Shown here: one piece after another, positions 18,497 through 26,685 of the stretch
Layout of the letters: each line of letters starts with the position of its first letter
Numbering within the stretch: position 1 is the first letter of the stretch
From: an uncultured virus (IMG/VR IMGVR_UViG_3300001605_000011)
Taxonomy: Duplodnaviria > Heunggongvirae > Uroviricota > Caudoviricetes
Strand: one strand, 5' to 3'
IMG/VR virus record: IMGVR_UViG_3300001605_000011
DNA: 54,019 nucleotides
Translations under genes and position numbers: made by a program
Notes under the pieces: generated by a model
Told to the model about the DNA's origin: nothing
The model's database searches: none
What the model saw: the letters and a program-made list of their open reading frames with translations, nothing else

Positions 18497-18956
18497 TTTT
18501 GGTTCCGAGTAACTCTGACATTACGAACGCCAGATTGTCGAGCTGGCTGATCATCTCCCCCATGTCCATACCGTTTGACCTTCGTTGCCACATCTGCGTT
18601 GCCAGAGCCTCGAGCTGCTTGGCGAAACTCGTGAGCTGTTGCAGGCGTTCTTCTGGTGTCACGGCAACGTAGAAGTCATCCTCCTTGCCGTTGAGTGTTG
18701 ACCCGTCGCTCCAGGTCAGGCCGATACAGTGACCGTTCTTGACGCACTGGATCATCCACTGGCCAATGTCGTCACGGATAACGACGTAGTTCTCGTTCGA
18801 CCAGTGAACGGTCTTGCCCTGGATGACAGAGCCACAGATTGTTTGAAGGTCCACAAGAGTCTCCTTTGAGGTGGTGGGTTGCATGGGGCGACCGACATTC
18901 GATCGCCCCGTTATCGATTCAGGACCGTCATCACAGTTCGCCGAAGTAGGTTCCAT
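18450..18956 (-). CDS. Hypothetical protein (start likely GTG near 18854)
   Basis: GKTVHWSNENYVVIRD...IGLTWSDGSTLNGKEDDFY; AAGGAG RBS upstream. Confidence 0.6.
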   Translation of the reverse strand: MEPTSANCDDGPESITGRSNVGRPMQPTTSKETLVDLQTICGSVIQGKTVHWSNENYVVIRDDIGQWMIQCVKNGHCIGLTWSDGSTLNGKEDDFYVAVTPEERLQQLTSFAKQLEALATQMWQRRSNGMDMGEMISQLDNLAFVMSELLGTKNDKDHGKEETENATE

Positions 18957-19164
18957 CGTTCCCTACGCTCAGCAGTTCGGACTCCAGCTTGTCGGCAGGG
19001 ACTTCCTCAGACGACAAGTAATCGAAGTCACCAATGGCACCTCCATTGTCGATGACCTCCTGGATGTCTTTCAGATCCCATCCAGCCTTTCCGGTGTCGT
19101 ACACCAAGTCGTCGTGCTCGCTCAGCACGGTGACGGTGATGACGTGCTTGTAAACCTTGACCAT
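18931..19164 (-). CDS. Small acidic hypothetical protein
   Basis: MVKVYKHVITVTVLSE... with GGAG RBS. Confidence 0.6.
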   Translation of the reverse strand: MVKVYKHVITVTVLSEHDDLVYDTGKAGWDLKDIQEVIDNGGAIGDFDYLSSEEVPADKLESELLSVGNDGTYFGEL

Positions 19165-19234
19165 TGCAGCGTCTCCAGTAGAGGGTTGAAGTCGGCGGTC
19201 GAAGCGCCGCCGAAGCATTATCGATTTCGGCCCG

Positions 19235-19504
19235 TCAATCAAAATCCAACGCACCGGACTTGGCCATGTCGTTGATTTCGTCGGTGACAAGCTCGGCGAT
19301 CGTGGCAGACAGCAGGTCGATGCCGCTGGCGATGTGGCAGTAGTTCGCCATCTTTACGGCGTTGGGTGCCCCTTCACTTGGCTCTAGCCACGGATAGGGC
19401 TGCTCAAACAACTCCTCAACCATCGCGTCTACCATCGTCTGCCTGGAGATGAAGTCGTTCATCGTCTTGCGGATAACTAACTGGACTTGCTCTTTGGTGA
19501 ACAT
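19235..19504 (-). CDS. Hypothetical protein
   Basis: 89 aa; bounded by junction motifs. Confidence 0.6.
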   Translation of the reverse strand: MFTKEQVQLVIRKTMNDFISRQTMVDAMVEELFEQPYPWLEPSEGAPNAVKMANYCHIASGIDLLSATIAELVTDEINDMAKSGALDFD

Positions 19505-19563
19505 CGGTCGGTTCCTGTGGTTGGTGGTCGAAACTCGGTCGAATCGTTATCGATCGGGGACCG

Positions 19564-19890
19564 TCAGGCCCGAAAGCGAACCGCGTTCGTGAGGACTTTC
19601 ATCGCCCCAAGCCTGGTCCTCAAATCCGCAAATGCCTCTCGTCGAGTCACGCCAAATCCGCGAATCTCAGCCCTAGACCGGATATCTCGTGGATTGCCCA
19701 TGCAAGCGATCGAAACAACCCAGCCGCAGCCAGTTGCAGTTTTCGCGCGGTATACAACGGAAAGATCCCAGTAAAGAGTCGGGTGACTCCAGAGCCATGA
19801 CATGTCTCCGTCCTCGTGTTTTTTATGCCATCGATTTCCGCTCATCATTGTCTCCAGGGCAAGAGGTAGTTCGGCGGTCGAAGTGACCAC
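19564..19890 (-). CDS. Hypothetical protein (start likely MMSGNR near 19847)
   Basis: GGAGA RBS; bounded by junction motifs. Confidence 0.55.
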   Translation of the reverse strand: MVTSTAELPLALETMMSGNRWHKKHEDGDMSWLWSHPTLYWDLSVVYRAKTATGCGWVVSIACMGNPRDIRSRAEIRGFGVTRREAFADLRTRLGAMKVLTNAVRFRA

Positions 19891-19910
19891 CGATTATCGA
19901 TCGGGGACCG

Positions 19911-20213
19911 TCAGGCCCGCTTGGTTGGATACGACCCAAGCCACAGCAGGTAGTTGCGAAACTCGCTTGCAGCAGTCCTGCCATGTTTCCGTTTGATGTT
20001 GCGAAGCTGTTTTGCCAGATGCCTCCTGGCATTGCTCCTGTTGTGCAGACCTTGCATCCAATCAAACATCAATCCGTTGACAGACTGGCTTGGTGGCGTC
20101 CAGCGTCCGGTGATCGCTGCCATCGTTGTCTCCGGTGGAGGGTTAGTCAGTCGCATTACCGCAGGCTGAATCCTGGTCTTGCGGTCGATCAGACCGTAGA
20201 TGGGATGCGGCAT
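19911..20213 (-). CDS. Hypothetical basic protein
   Basis: Stop codon lies in a junction motif. Confidence 0.55.
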   Translation of the reverse strand: MPHPIYGLIDRKTRIQPAVMRLTNPPPETTMAAITGRWTPPSQSVNGLMFDWMQGLHNRSNARRHLAKQLRNIKRKHGRTAASEFRNYLLWLGSYPTKRA

Positions 20214-20478
20214 CGAACAGACTCGTCAGGCCATGGCTGAATGAACTCGCCCTTAACGTCCACGTCGATCTTCCTGTCCTTGCAGAACAGTTTAAGCTCG
20301 TCAGTTCGCAGTTCTCCGTTACGTACTGCCTGGAGCAACCGCAGGATGTAGTGCTCAGACCCGGTCAAACGTCGNNTTTCGCCAATTTNGNCTTGTGGGC
20401 GGCGATGTCTTGCTCTGCTTTGAGTATCTCCTGCTTGAAGTGATAGCACGGATGCTCGGCGTAATAGACTACGATCAT
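20189..20478 (-). CDS. Hypothetical protein broken by Ns or indels
   Basis: MIVVYYAEHPC... start with GGAGAG RBS; Ns at 20376-20391. Confidence 0.4.
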
Positions 20479-20536
20479 TGTCTTGCTCTCCAGGGTATCG
20501 GGGGCTGTTGGTCGTTTAGTTATCGATCGTGGTGGG

Positions 20537-20872
20537 TCAGCGGACAAACACGGCTTTGACTGACCCTACGACATCCTGATATGCAGATGCGTGGCGCATC
20601 AATTCCCTGAACTCCTTGGTAGAGATGCTGAAGCTCCTGCTTTCGTCCCTTGCCGGAACAACAAACTCATCCTCTGGATCGTCGCCTTCTTTCCACCTTG
20701 GATTGGGAGACTCTCCAAGTAGGTAGGCCATGTCTTCTTCGCCAATGGCACAGCGGACAATGTTTTCGTGTACGTCGGTTATCGTGTACCTGAACGGTCC
20801 AATTCGGACCTCGACTGTTATCGAGTCGCACTCTCGGGACAGCGAGCTTAAACCTATCGTTTTCCTTGTCAT
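20537..20872 (-). CDS. Hypothetical protein
   Basis: 111 aa; GGAGAG RBS. Confidence 0.65.
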   Translation of the reverse strand: MTRKTIGLSSLSRECDSITVEVRIGPFRYTITDVHENIVRCAIGEEDMAYLLGESPNPRWKEGDDPEDEFVVPARDESRSFSISTKEFRELMRHASAYQDVVGSVKAVFVR

Positions 20873-20914
20873 TGTCTTGCTCTCCCGGTATCAGTGTTGT
20901 TCTTGTCAGGCTAG

Positions 20915-21103
20915 TTATTGCCCCCGCGGCCAGACAACTGCGTCCGCCTTACCCGTAAATACCAGCCAAGTGGCACGAATCCGGTGCGTTAGGGACACGA
21001 AACCCAGCGGTCTCGCCGGAACCCACTCGCGTTCAATGTGTACTTGCGGCCCACGTGCGGCCTGAATGATCGAATCGATCGTGAATATGCTCGGACTTTT
21101 CAC
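20915..21103 (-). CDS. Small conserved phage protein
   Basis: WVPARPLG...RIRATWLVFTGKADAVVWPRGQ. Confidence 0.65.
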   Translation of the reverse strand: MKSPSIFTIDSIIQAARGPQVHIEREWVPARPLGFVSLTHRIRATWLVFTGKADAVVWPRGQ

Positions 21104-21164
21104 CTGAATATCCTGTGGTTAGCGGGCTGTTATCTGTCTATCTGTCGATACAACGATTGTGGCC

Positions 21165-21425
21165 TCAAGGCTTACTGATGCCTTTCCTGCCTCGCTTCTT
21201 TGTCGGTGCACACTCAGACAGCTTTTCAACCAGCACTACGATCTGTGCCTCACCACTGTCTGGATCAACAAGAATCAGTTTTTGTGTCTTTACGCGGCAG
21301 CCCAGGCGGCTGGCGATCGAACGGATTTGAGCACCGACACCTGGCATACGGTCTTTCTCAAATAAGCGACATTCTCCGATCCCCATGTCGCGTACTTGCT
21401 TGATGCTGAATTTTCCTATGTTCAC
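21165..21425 (-). CDS. Small basic hypothetical protein
   Basis: 86 aa ORF. Confidence 0.55.
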   Translation of the reverse strand: MNIGKFSIKQVRDMGIGECRLFEKDRMPGVGAQIRSIASRLGCRVKTQKLILVDPDSGEAQIVVLVEKLSECAPTKKRGRKGISKP

Positions 21426-21443
21426 GTGTATTTACCGGTAGAG

Positions 21444-21782
21444 TTAGTCAGCTGTCGGCGTAATCTTCCGTACGAACGTCCGCCATTCCCGCGGCGTCAT
21501 GCCCGCCAGCCGGTTGTCCCGAGGGACCCTGGAACATGCCACCAAGTGCTTAATGGCGCTGGCATAGCTCTTCCGCAGCGATAGCAGCTCTCTACGCATT
21601 TCCTTCAACGCTTCCACTTCACGCACTGTGAACTGCACCACCGCTCCGGGTGTATCGTTGATCTGGGTGGCGGGCAACTGCTCGCGGGTTACTGTGACCG
21701 GCGGTGTCCTTTGGTAGATCACCTCCCCTTTCTCGTCCCTGAGCTCGATGGTGTCATCTGGGAAATCAAGCATTGCCGCCAT
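21444..21782 (-). CDS. Hypothetical protein
   Basis: 112 aa ORF with AAGGA RBS. Confidence 0.55.
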   Translation of the reverse strand: MAAMLDFPDDTIELRDEKGEVIYQRTPPVTVTREQLPATQINDTPGAVVQFTVREVEALKEMRRELLSLRKSYASAIKHLVACSRVPRDNRLAGMTPREWRTFVRKITPTAD

Positions 21783-21917
21783 CCTTGCGATCTGAGTTGT
21801 CGCGTGTGTGTCGTAATCCAGTGAGTCGTACAGACGACCGTTGCGGTACAGCAGATGAATTGGCTATTGTTCTCTCATGTGTCAGTGAAGTGTAGATGCG
21901 GCTATGTCCCGTTTGGT

Positions 21918-22385
21918 CTATTGGACGTTGCTCGGCGCTTGAGCGCCGGACACGAGCATGGTTGTCCACCTGGACACCCGCCTGTCATTCTCTGCAACCC
22001 GGAACTTAAGCTTCCGTGTGTCATCTTCGATCAGGTCGATCTGTGTCCGAGCAAAGCTGTTTCTGGCAGCTTCGATGGTGGTGAAGTACTTGCCGCTTGT
22101 GAATGGCTCTAGGTCGAACTCATTGTCGTCCATCTCCGAGCTGTCCAGCTCCATGTACCGAATGGTGCCTTCCTTGTTCTCGAACACTATGACTTCGATA
22201 AAGCGGTGCCGACCGACGCCTTTCTTTGATCGCAGAACGTAGAGCTCCCTCTCTGCTGATGTTCTGACCTCCATGACTGTGTACTCAAGGATGTCGATCC
22301 CACAGTCACAAAATACATCTTGGCCAAGCGTGAGTGGCATCTCTGTTTCCTGGGTTAAGTGTTCACGGGCTGGATGAGTTGACAA
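21918..22385 (-). CDS. Hypothetical protein
   Basis: 155 aa ORF. Confidence 0.55.
   Translation of the reverse strand: MSTHPAREHLTQETEMPLTLGQDVFCDCGIDILEYTVMEVRTSAERELYVLRSKKGVGRHRFIEVIVFENKEGTIRYMELDSSEMDDNEFDLEPFTSGKYFTTIEAARNSFARTQIDLIEDDTRKLKFRVAENDRRVSRWTTMLVSGAQAPSNVQ
21933..21948. repeat. Dispersed palindrome copy 5 (at the 3' end of a CDS)
   Basis: cggcgcttgagcgccg. Confidence 0.8.
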
Positions 22386-22671
22386 CTAGTGTCGTGCGGC
22401 CCTGGTAGTGACCCCGGCACAACCGCCGAGCTTTCGGTAGGTTGACCAGGTGTTTTGCTAGGGGCTGATACAGCCCCAACGCAGTCTTTCCTCGCACATC
22501 AACAAACCAGACGCGGTAGCCGATGTGCTTGCTGCAGTCGTCTTTGTGACTGACCGGGTTGATCATGTACTTACCAGCCCCGGTGTCAGCCGTGTACGAA
22601 TACCTGTCGTCAGCTGCAAATACTCCGCCAGCGTACGTTGTCCACTCCAGTGGTGGTCCGTTTGTGGTCAT
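22363..22671 (-). CDS. Hypothetical protein
   Basis: 102 aa ORF. Confidence 0.55.
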   Translation of the reverse strand: MTTNGPPLEWTTYAGGVFAADDRYSYTADTGAGKYMINPVSHKDDCSKHIGYRVWFVDVRGKTALGLYQPLAKHLVNLPKARRLCRGHYQGRTTLVVNSSSP

Positions 22672-22722
22672 CTTTTGATCCGTTTGTGGTCGGTTTGTGG
22701 TCCGTTTGGTTGTTGTGTTTGT

Positions 22723-23010
22723 TCAGCTTGGATCCATGCTGAGGTCATCTTGGCTCAACTTGTACTTCAGCATGACCTGTGACTCAGCAAGCTCTGTCCA
22801 CACTTCAAATTCTTCGTGGTCAAAGTCTGCCGGTGTGTGTAAAAACGGGAAGTGCCAGTCCGCGATGAATAGCAGCTTAACCCTGCTTTGCTCTGTCTCC
22901 GGCGTGCCTGGTGCATAGTCTGCTAGCAGCTGCACCAGCTCATTTCTGATATCGGCCGGAAGCCGCGGGTAACATTTGCTGATCCAGTCCGCATTAACTG
23001 ACCGTAGCAT
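22723..23010 (-). CDS. Hypothetical protein
   Basis: MLRSVNADW... part of ORF 22723..23142. Confidence 0.5.
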   Translation of the reverse strand: MLRSVNADWISKCYPRLPADIRNELVQLLADYAPGTPETEQSRVKLLFIADWHFPFLHTPADFDHEEFEVWTELAESQVMLKYKLSQDDLSMDPS

Positions 23011-23096
23011 GATTGCACTTCTTTCTTGGGTTGTGGGTGACCTGGCCCTGGCAGTTGTTGCTGCCAGGGCCAGTTGCTTGTGAAATTGCTGCGTGT

Positions 23097-23924
23097 TTAC
23101 GCAGGTGCAGGGACAATGGCCTGCTGGAGTACTGTCCGCCACTCCCTGTTACTGGTCTTGGCAACGAAGCCGTTTGCGTGGACGAACATGCAATTCGACA
23201 TCCCCCTGCACCTGGTGAAGTCAATGCGTGGGTCGTCATTCCTGCGGTACAGAGACAAACCCTCACCCCGGTCGTCACTGGAGACAATGCAGTGTGCCGT
23301 GTAGCCGTATCTATTCAGCCAGGAGTCAATGCCTTCAGCACCTGTGGTCTGCATGACAGCCACACGGATCTCACCTAGCTGTACCCACTGCGTCGTCTTG
23401 TCGAAGTGTTTCCACTTCTTCTGCGTACGAATTACCTGCAGCGTCAGGTGCTCCCCAAGACCACGCAGCATTTTCCACAGTGGATACGCGTCCGTGATGA
23501 CGGACTCTGCTGCGAACTGCCTGATGACAAACCCAGCAAAGGGGCAAGATGTGTACGGCAGGATGTCATCCCACTCCACACCCAGCTCTTTTGCCACAGC
23601 AAATGGACCTTTGGAGTCCAGCTTCTCTGTGCCTGTGACCCAGGGAAACACCGCAGCCCAGTCCCTGTATTCACCCACATGCCTCAGCAGCAGTGTCATG
23701 GCACACGCTGGCGTAGCATCTGCCGGGAACTGGTGGTGGTCAAAGTTATTCAGCTCTGGCTCATGCCTGCCGCCAATGTCAAACACAAGGACACTAGGGT
23801 CATTGAGCTCATCTTCTGTCGGCTCTCGCCGCTCAATGCTCGTTGCTACCCCGCTGGCAATCAGCAGTGCTGCTGACAGCACGTCATCTGCGTGTGCACT
23901 GCCTGGGTGTGTAATAGCCTTCAT
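23097..23924 (-). CDS. MYG1-family (UPF0160, DHH-like) metal-dependent hydrolase/exonuclease
   Basis: THPGSAHADDVLS, FDIGGRHEPELNNFDHHQ, FVHANGFVA. Confidence 0.85.
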   Translation of the reverse strand: MKAITHPGSAHADDVLSAALLIASGVATSIERREPTEDELNDPSVLVFDIGGRHEPELNNFDHHQFPADATPACAMTLLLRHVGEYRDWAAVFPWVTGTEKLDSKGPFAVAKELGVEWDDILPYTSCPFAGFVIRQFAAESVITDAYPLWKMLRGLGEHLTLQVIRTQKKWKHFDKTTQWVQLGEIRVAVMQTTGAEGIDSWLNRYGYTAHCIVSSDDRGEGLSLYRRNDDPRIDFTRCRGMSNCMFVHANGFVAKTSNREWRTVLQQAIVPAPA

Positions 23925-23951
23925 CTGTCGTCTCCTGTAGGTCGATGTTGT

Positions 23952-23970
23952 GCCGGCGCTTGAGCGCCGG
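23952..23970. repeat. Dispersed palindrome copy 6
   Basis: gccggcgcttgagcgccgg, intergenic. Confidence 0.9.
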
Positions 23971-23978
23971 TCAGTTGA

Positions 23979-24785
23979 TTACTGGGCTGGGTTCAACCCC
24001 ACGAGTTTCTGCCACGTCAGCATCAGTGCGTAAATTGCCCTGACTTTCTGTGCCACCTGTTCCTTGTCTACGGCTGTCTCTGGTCCAGCCAATGTCACAC
24101 GCTGCATCAGCTCGTACACCATGTCCACATGGGGGAACAACCCACAGGACTGCACTGTCTGCTCCTTTGCCATTTTGCTGGCAAATTGCTCGTACTCTGT
24201 TGGGAGTGGGGCATCAAAGCCTGCGAACGCTGCCTTGCACAGGGACAGTGTGTCAAAGACATTTGCCTTGCCGCCTTCATGGATGTTCTCCCACGAATCA
24301 CCAAGGTAATTGCTGACAAAATCAATGTCAAAGCGGGTCTTGTGACCCACTAGGACCTGTGGTTCCTGCAGGAAAGCACGCATGGAACTGTCAAATTGTT
24401 CCTTGTCTTCTCCGTACTTGTCCATGTGCGTGCGTCCATACGGCCAGTACATGATCGGAGACAGCTTGGCGTGTGTCTTGTTCAGCCTGTCCTCAAAGAC
24501 ATCCAGTTCTGTGTCTGGTGTGTTGCCGTCGTACCAGTTACGCACGTGGTAATGCGTGGTGACATACGGCTTTTCTTCACTGTACGTCAGTCCTGCCCAG
24601 GCCAGGATGTTGTCCTTGACTGCACTGAAGCCTGTGGTCACCAGGCTGAAGACTTTGAACTCCTTGGGGATGGAGTTACTGCTGACAGCAGATGTGATTG
24701 TGTGCTGCTGCTGGGGGGCAATGCGAGCTCGGATGAGACCCATGGTCGCGTCACTGACGTCTACGGTCACTGGTGTGAAAAACAT
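23979..24785 (-). CDS. DnaQ/DEDDh-like exonuclease fold with degenerate ExoI motif
   Basis: FSLVTTGFS (cf. FDLETTG), VLVGHKTRFDIDFV, FDTLSLCK. Confidence 0.6.
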   Translation of the reverse strand: MFFTPVTVDVSDATMGLIRARIAPQQQHTITSAVSSNSIPKEFKVFSLVTTGFSAVKDNILAWAGLTYSEEKPYVTTHYHVRNWYDGNTPDTELDVFEDRLNKTHAKLSPIMYWPYGRTHMDKYGEDKEQFDSSMRAFLQEPQVLVGHKTRFDIDFVSNYLGDSWENIHEGGKANVFDTLSLCKAAFAGFDAPLPTEYEQFASKMAKEQTVQSCGLFPHVDMVYELMQRVTLAGPETAVDKEQVAQKVRAIYALMLTWQKLVGLNPAQ

Positions 24786-24813
24786 GTTTGTTCTCTGTTG
24801 TAGGTTACTTGTT

Positions 24814-24832
24814 GCCGGCGCTTGAGCGCCGG
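24814..24832. repeat. Dispersed palindrome copy 7
   Basis: gccggcgcttgagcgccgg. Confidence 0.9.
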
Positions 24833-24952
24833 TTGCATCTCAACTGCAGGTCAACCGCAGGGGCAAAACCCCCCTGCGGTAGTAGTTGACTTCAAACACA
24901 GGCTGGTCCGGGTTGCAGACCAGCCTGTGCCATAATTACGCCACGGTAGCGT

Positions 24953-26584
24953 TTACTTCTGTTTATCTGTCCAGCAGCGGGGCTGTACCCCTGCGGGTAA
25001 ATACTCCTCTGCTGTCATATCAATCAGCTTGTAGCCTGCTGCATTGTGCTCAGCAATGATGCGTCCGATGTTCGGAACAACGTCTGCATCAATCTGAACG
25101 TATGGCGGCAACTTGCCTGGGTAGACTGTCGTGTCTGTGGCAATGATCTGCTTCATCAGCATCTCTTGTTCTGCCAGTGCACTCCTGTCTTCAGGTTTGT
25201 TTGCTGCCCACCTGTCTGACATAGTTTGTACGTAGTCACCCACGTACTTACTTGATTGCCCAATGGGCGGATCTTTCGGCCTATGCTCTGCTTTCTCCAC
25301 ACCCATGGCGTAGCCCAGTAGTGGGTACCTGCTGGCGTAGTACTTGCGCACTAGCTCACACCAGTTACGTAGCCCATCCTGTGTCTCTGTGTGTGTGTTT
25401 GCCCACAGCAGCAGTTCTTCCCGCTGGTTCTCCAGCCTCTCTCGCTCTTTGCTGTGGATAATGTGCGACTGCAGCCTGTCTGCGAAAAATCCCAGCATTT
25501 TGATCGTCTCTGACAGGGTGTTGTAGACATCCCTGTCAAGGCGGAGTATTTCTGAACCGCTACCACCAGGCACAAGTGAGAAGTATTGGGACCGGGCTGC
25601 GGCAAGTTTTGTATCCACGTGCTCGTTCAGCGGATCGTTGAACCATGGCAACCGTTCGCTAAACGGCCGCCAGTTCTTGTCTACGGGCACAGTCAGCAGA
25701 TTCTCCCCAATGTTGCCAATAAACTGTGAATCCTCGTCATTCCTGCTTGAACGTACAGTTACATTGGACGTCAGGCGGCTGAAACCACCTGAAATCATCC
25801 TGGCGACGTACGCCCGACTGAAGTGCAGCCTGGCTAACGCGTAATTGACGTCCAGTGCATAACCGTCAAACCTGCCACTGTGCTTGCGCATTGGCTTGCG
25901 TAACGCAACAATGCACGCGTTGTAGCCAAACGTATCGCCGCGGATCATGTCGTTTTGTGCTTCCACCACACTACTGAACAGGGTCCCTGCGATGGTTATG
26001 TTGCTGTCTCTGATAGGCAACACGAGCTCTTTGCCGTGCATCGGAACATGCGAGTACAGCGTAGGCGTACTGTGTGGGTTGCTGTACGCGCGGTACACCC
26101 CTGAGCCTACGTCAGTGGCATACTTGGTCAGGTCACGCTGACTTGTGACCTCGTGGTAATTGACAGCAAAACCGTGTGCCATGTGGTTCACTGTTGAGCT
26201 GGCGTAGACCTTGGCGTGTGCCGGATCCAGCCATGCCTGTTTTTCCCCCTTTATTTTTTTAGCTGGCCGTGCCTCTGGCGGAGTTTGCTTGTACGTCTGT
26301 AGCGTGACACCACGTTTTGCAACATTGTCCAGATCCTCCGTCGTGGCACTGTATCGCCGCAAGACACTCTCCAGTGTGTCAACGTCAGCGTCTGTACCTG
26401 CCTGCACCAGTACCACAATGCCTAGGTACTTTTCCGTTAGCCAGCTAAGTACTCGCATGGGCTGTACAGCTGGTCCGACGATTACCAGGCGATTCGTATG
26501 GGGACCGCGGCGGCAGGGATCTAGCAGGTCTTTTGCGACATTGAATGCCAGTCTCGGGTTGTTTGATAGGCGTGAAATCCGCAT
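24953..26584 (-). CDS. Hypothetical protein, probably the C-terminal part of the rIIA-like gene
   Basis: Chained overlapping ORFs 26686..28302, 26445..26705 and 24953..26584. Confidence 0.55.
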   Translation of the reverse strand: MRISRLSNNPRLAFNVAKDLLDPCRRGPHTNRLVIVGPAVQPMRVLSWLTEKYLGIVVLVQAGTDADVDTLESVLRRYSATTEDLDNVAKRGVTLQTYKQTPPEARPAKKIKGEKQAWLDPAHAKVYASSTVNHMAHGFAVNYHEVTSQRDLTKYATDVGSGVYRAYSNPHSTPTLYSHVPMHGKELVLPIRDSNITIAGTLFSSVVEAQNDMIRGDTFGYNACIVALRKPMRKHSGRFDGYALDVNYALARLHFSRAYVARMISGGFSRLTSNVTVRSSRNDEDSQFIGNIGENLLTVPVDKNWRPFSERLPWFNDPLNEHVDTKLAAARSQYFSLVPGGSGSEILRLDRDVYNTLSETIKMLGFFADRLQSHIIHSKERERLENQREELLLWANTHTETQDGLRNWCELVRKYYASRYPLLGYAMGVEKAEHRPKDPPIGQSSKYVGDYVQTMSDRWAANKPEDRSALAEQEMLMKQIIATDTTVYPGKLPPYVQIDADVVPNIGRIIAEHNAAGYKLIDMTAEEYLPAGVQPRCWTDKQK

Positions 26585-26685
26585 TTTTGGCTTTGCTGAA
26601 CTTTTCGCGAATCACCAAGGCATGCTGCCCATCTAGCATTATCACGTCGAGTAGCCGGATAGCTTGCTTGTCATCCAGGAGCTCT

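Larger units (their letters stand above)
18911..20539 (-). repeat. Five copies of the gene-junction motif TGAC-N8-ATCGATAA
   Basis: At 18911-18930, 19218-19237, 19547-19566, 19894-19913 and 20520-20539; each TGA is, or abuts, the upstream stop codon. Confidence 0.8.

Noticed and set aside
18911..20539. True integron attC array
   Set aside because: No RYYYAAC/GTTRRRY ends, no long imperfect palindrome and no integrase in the window
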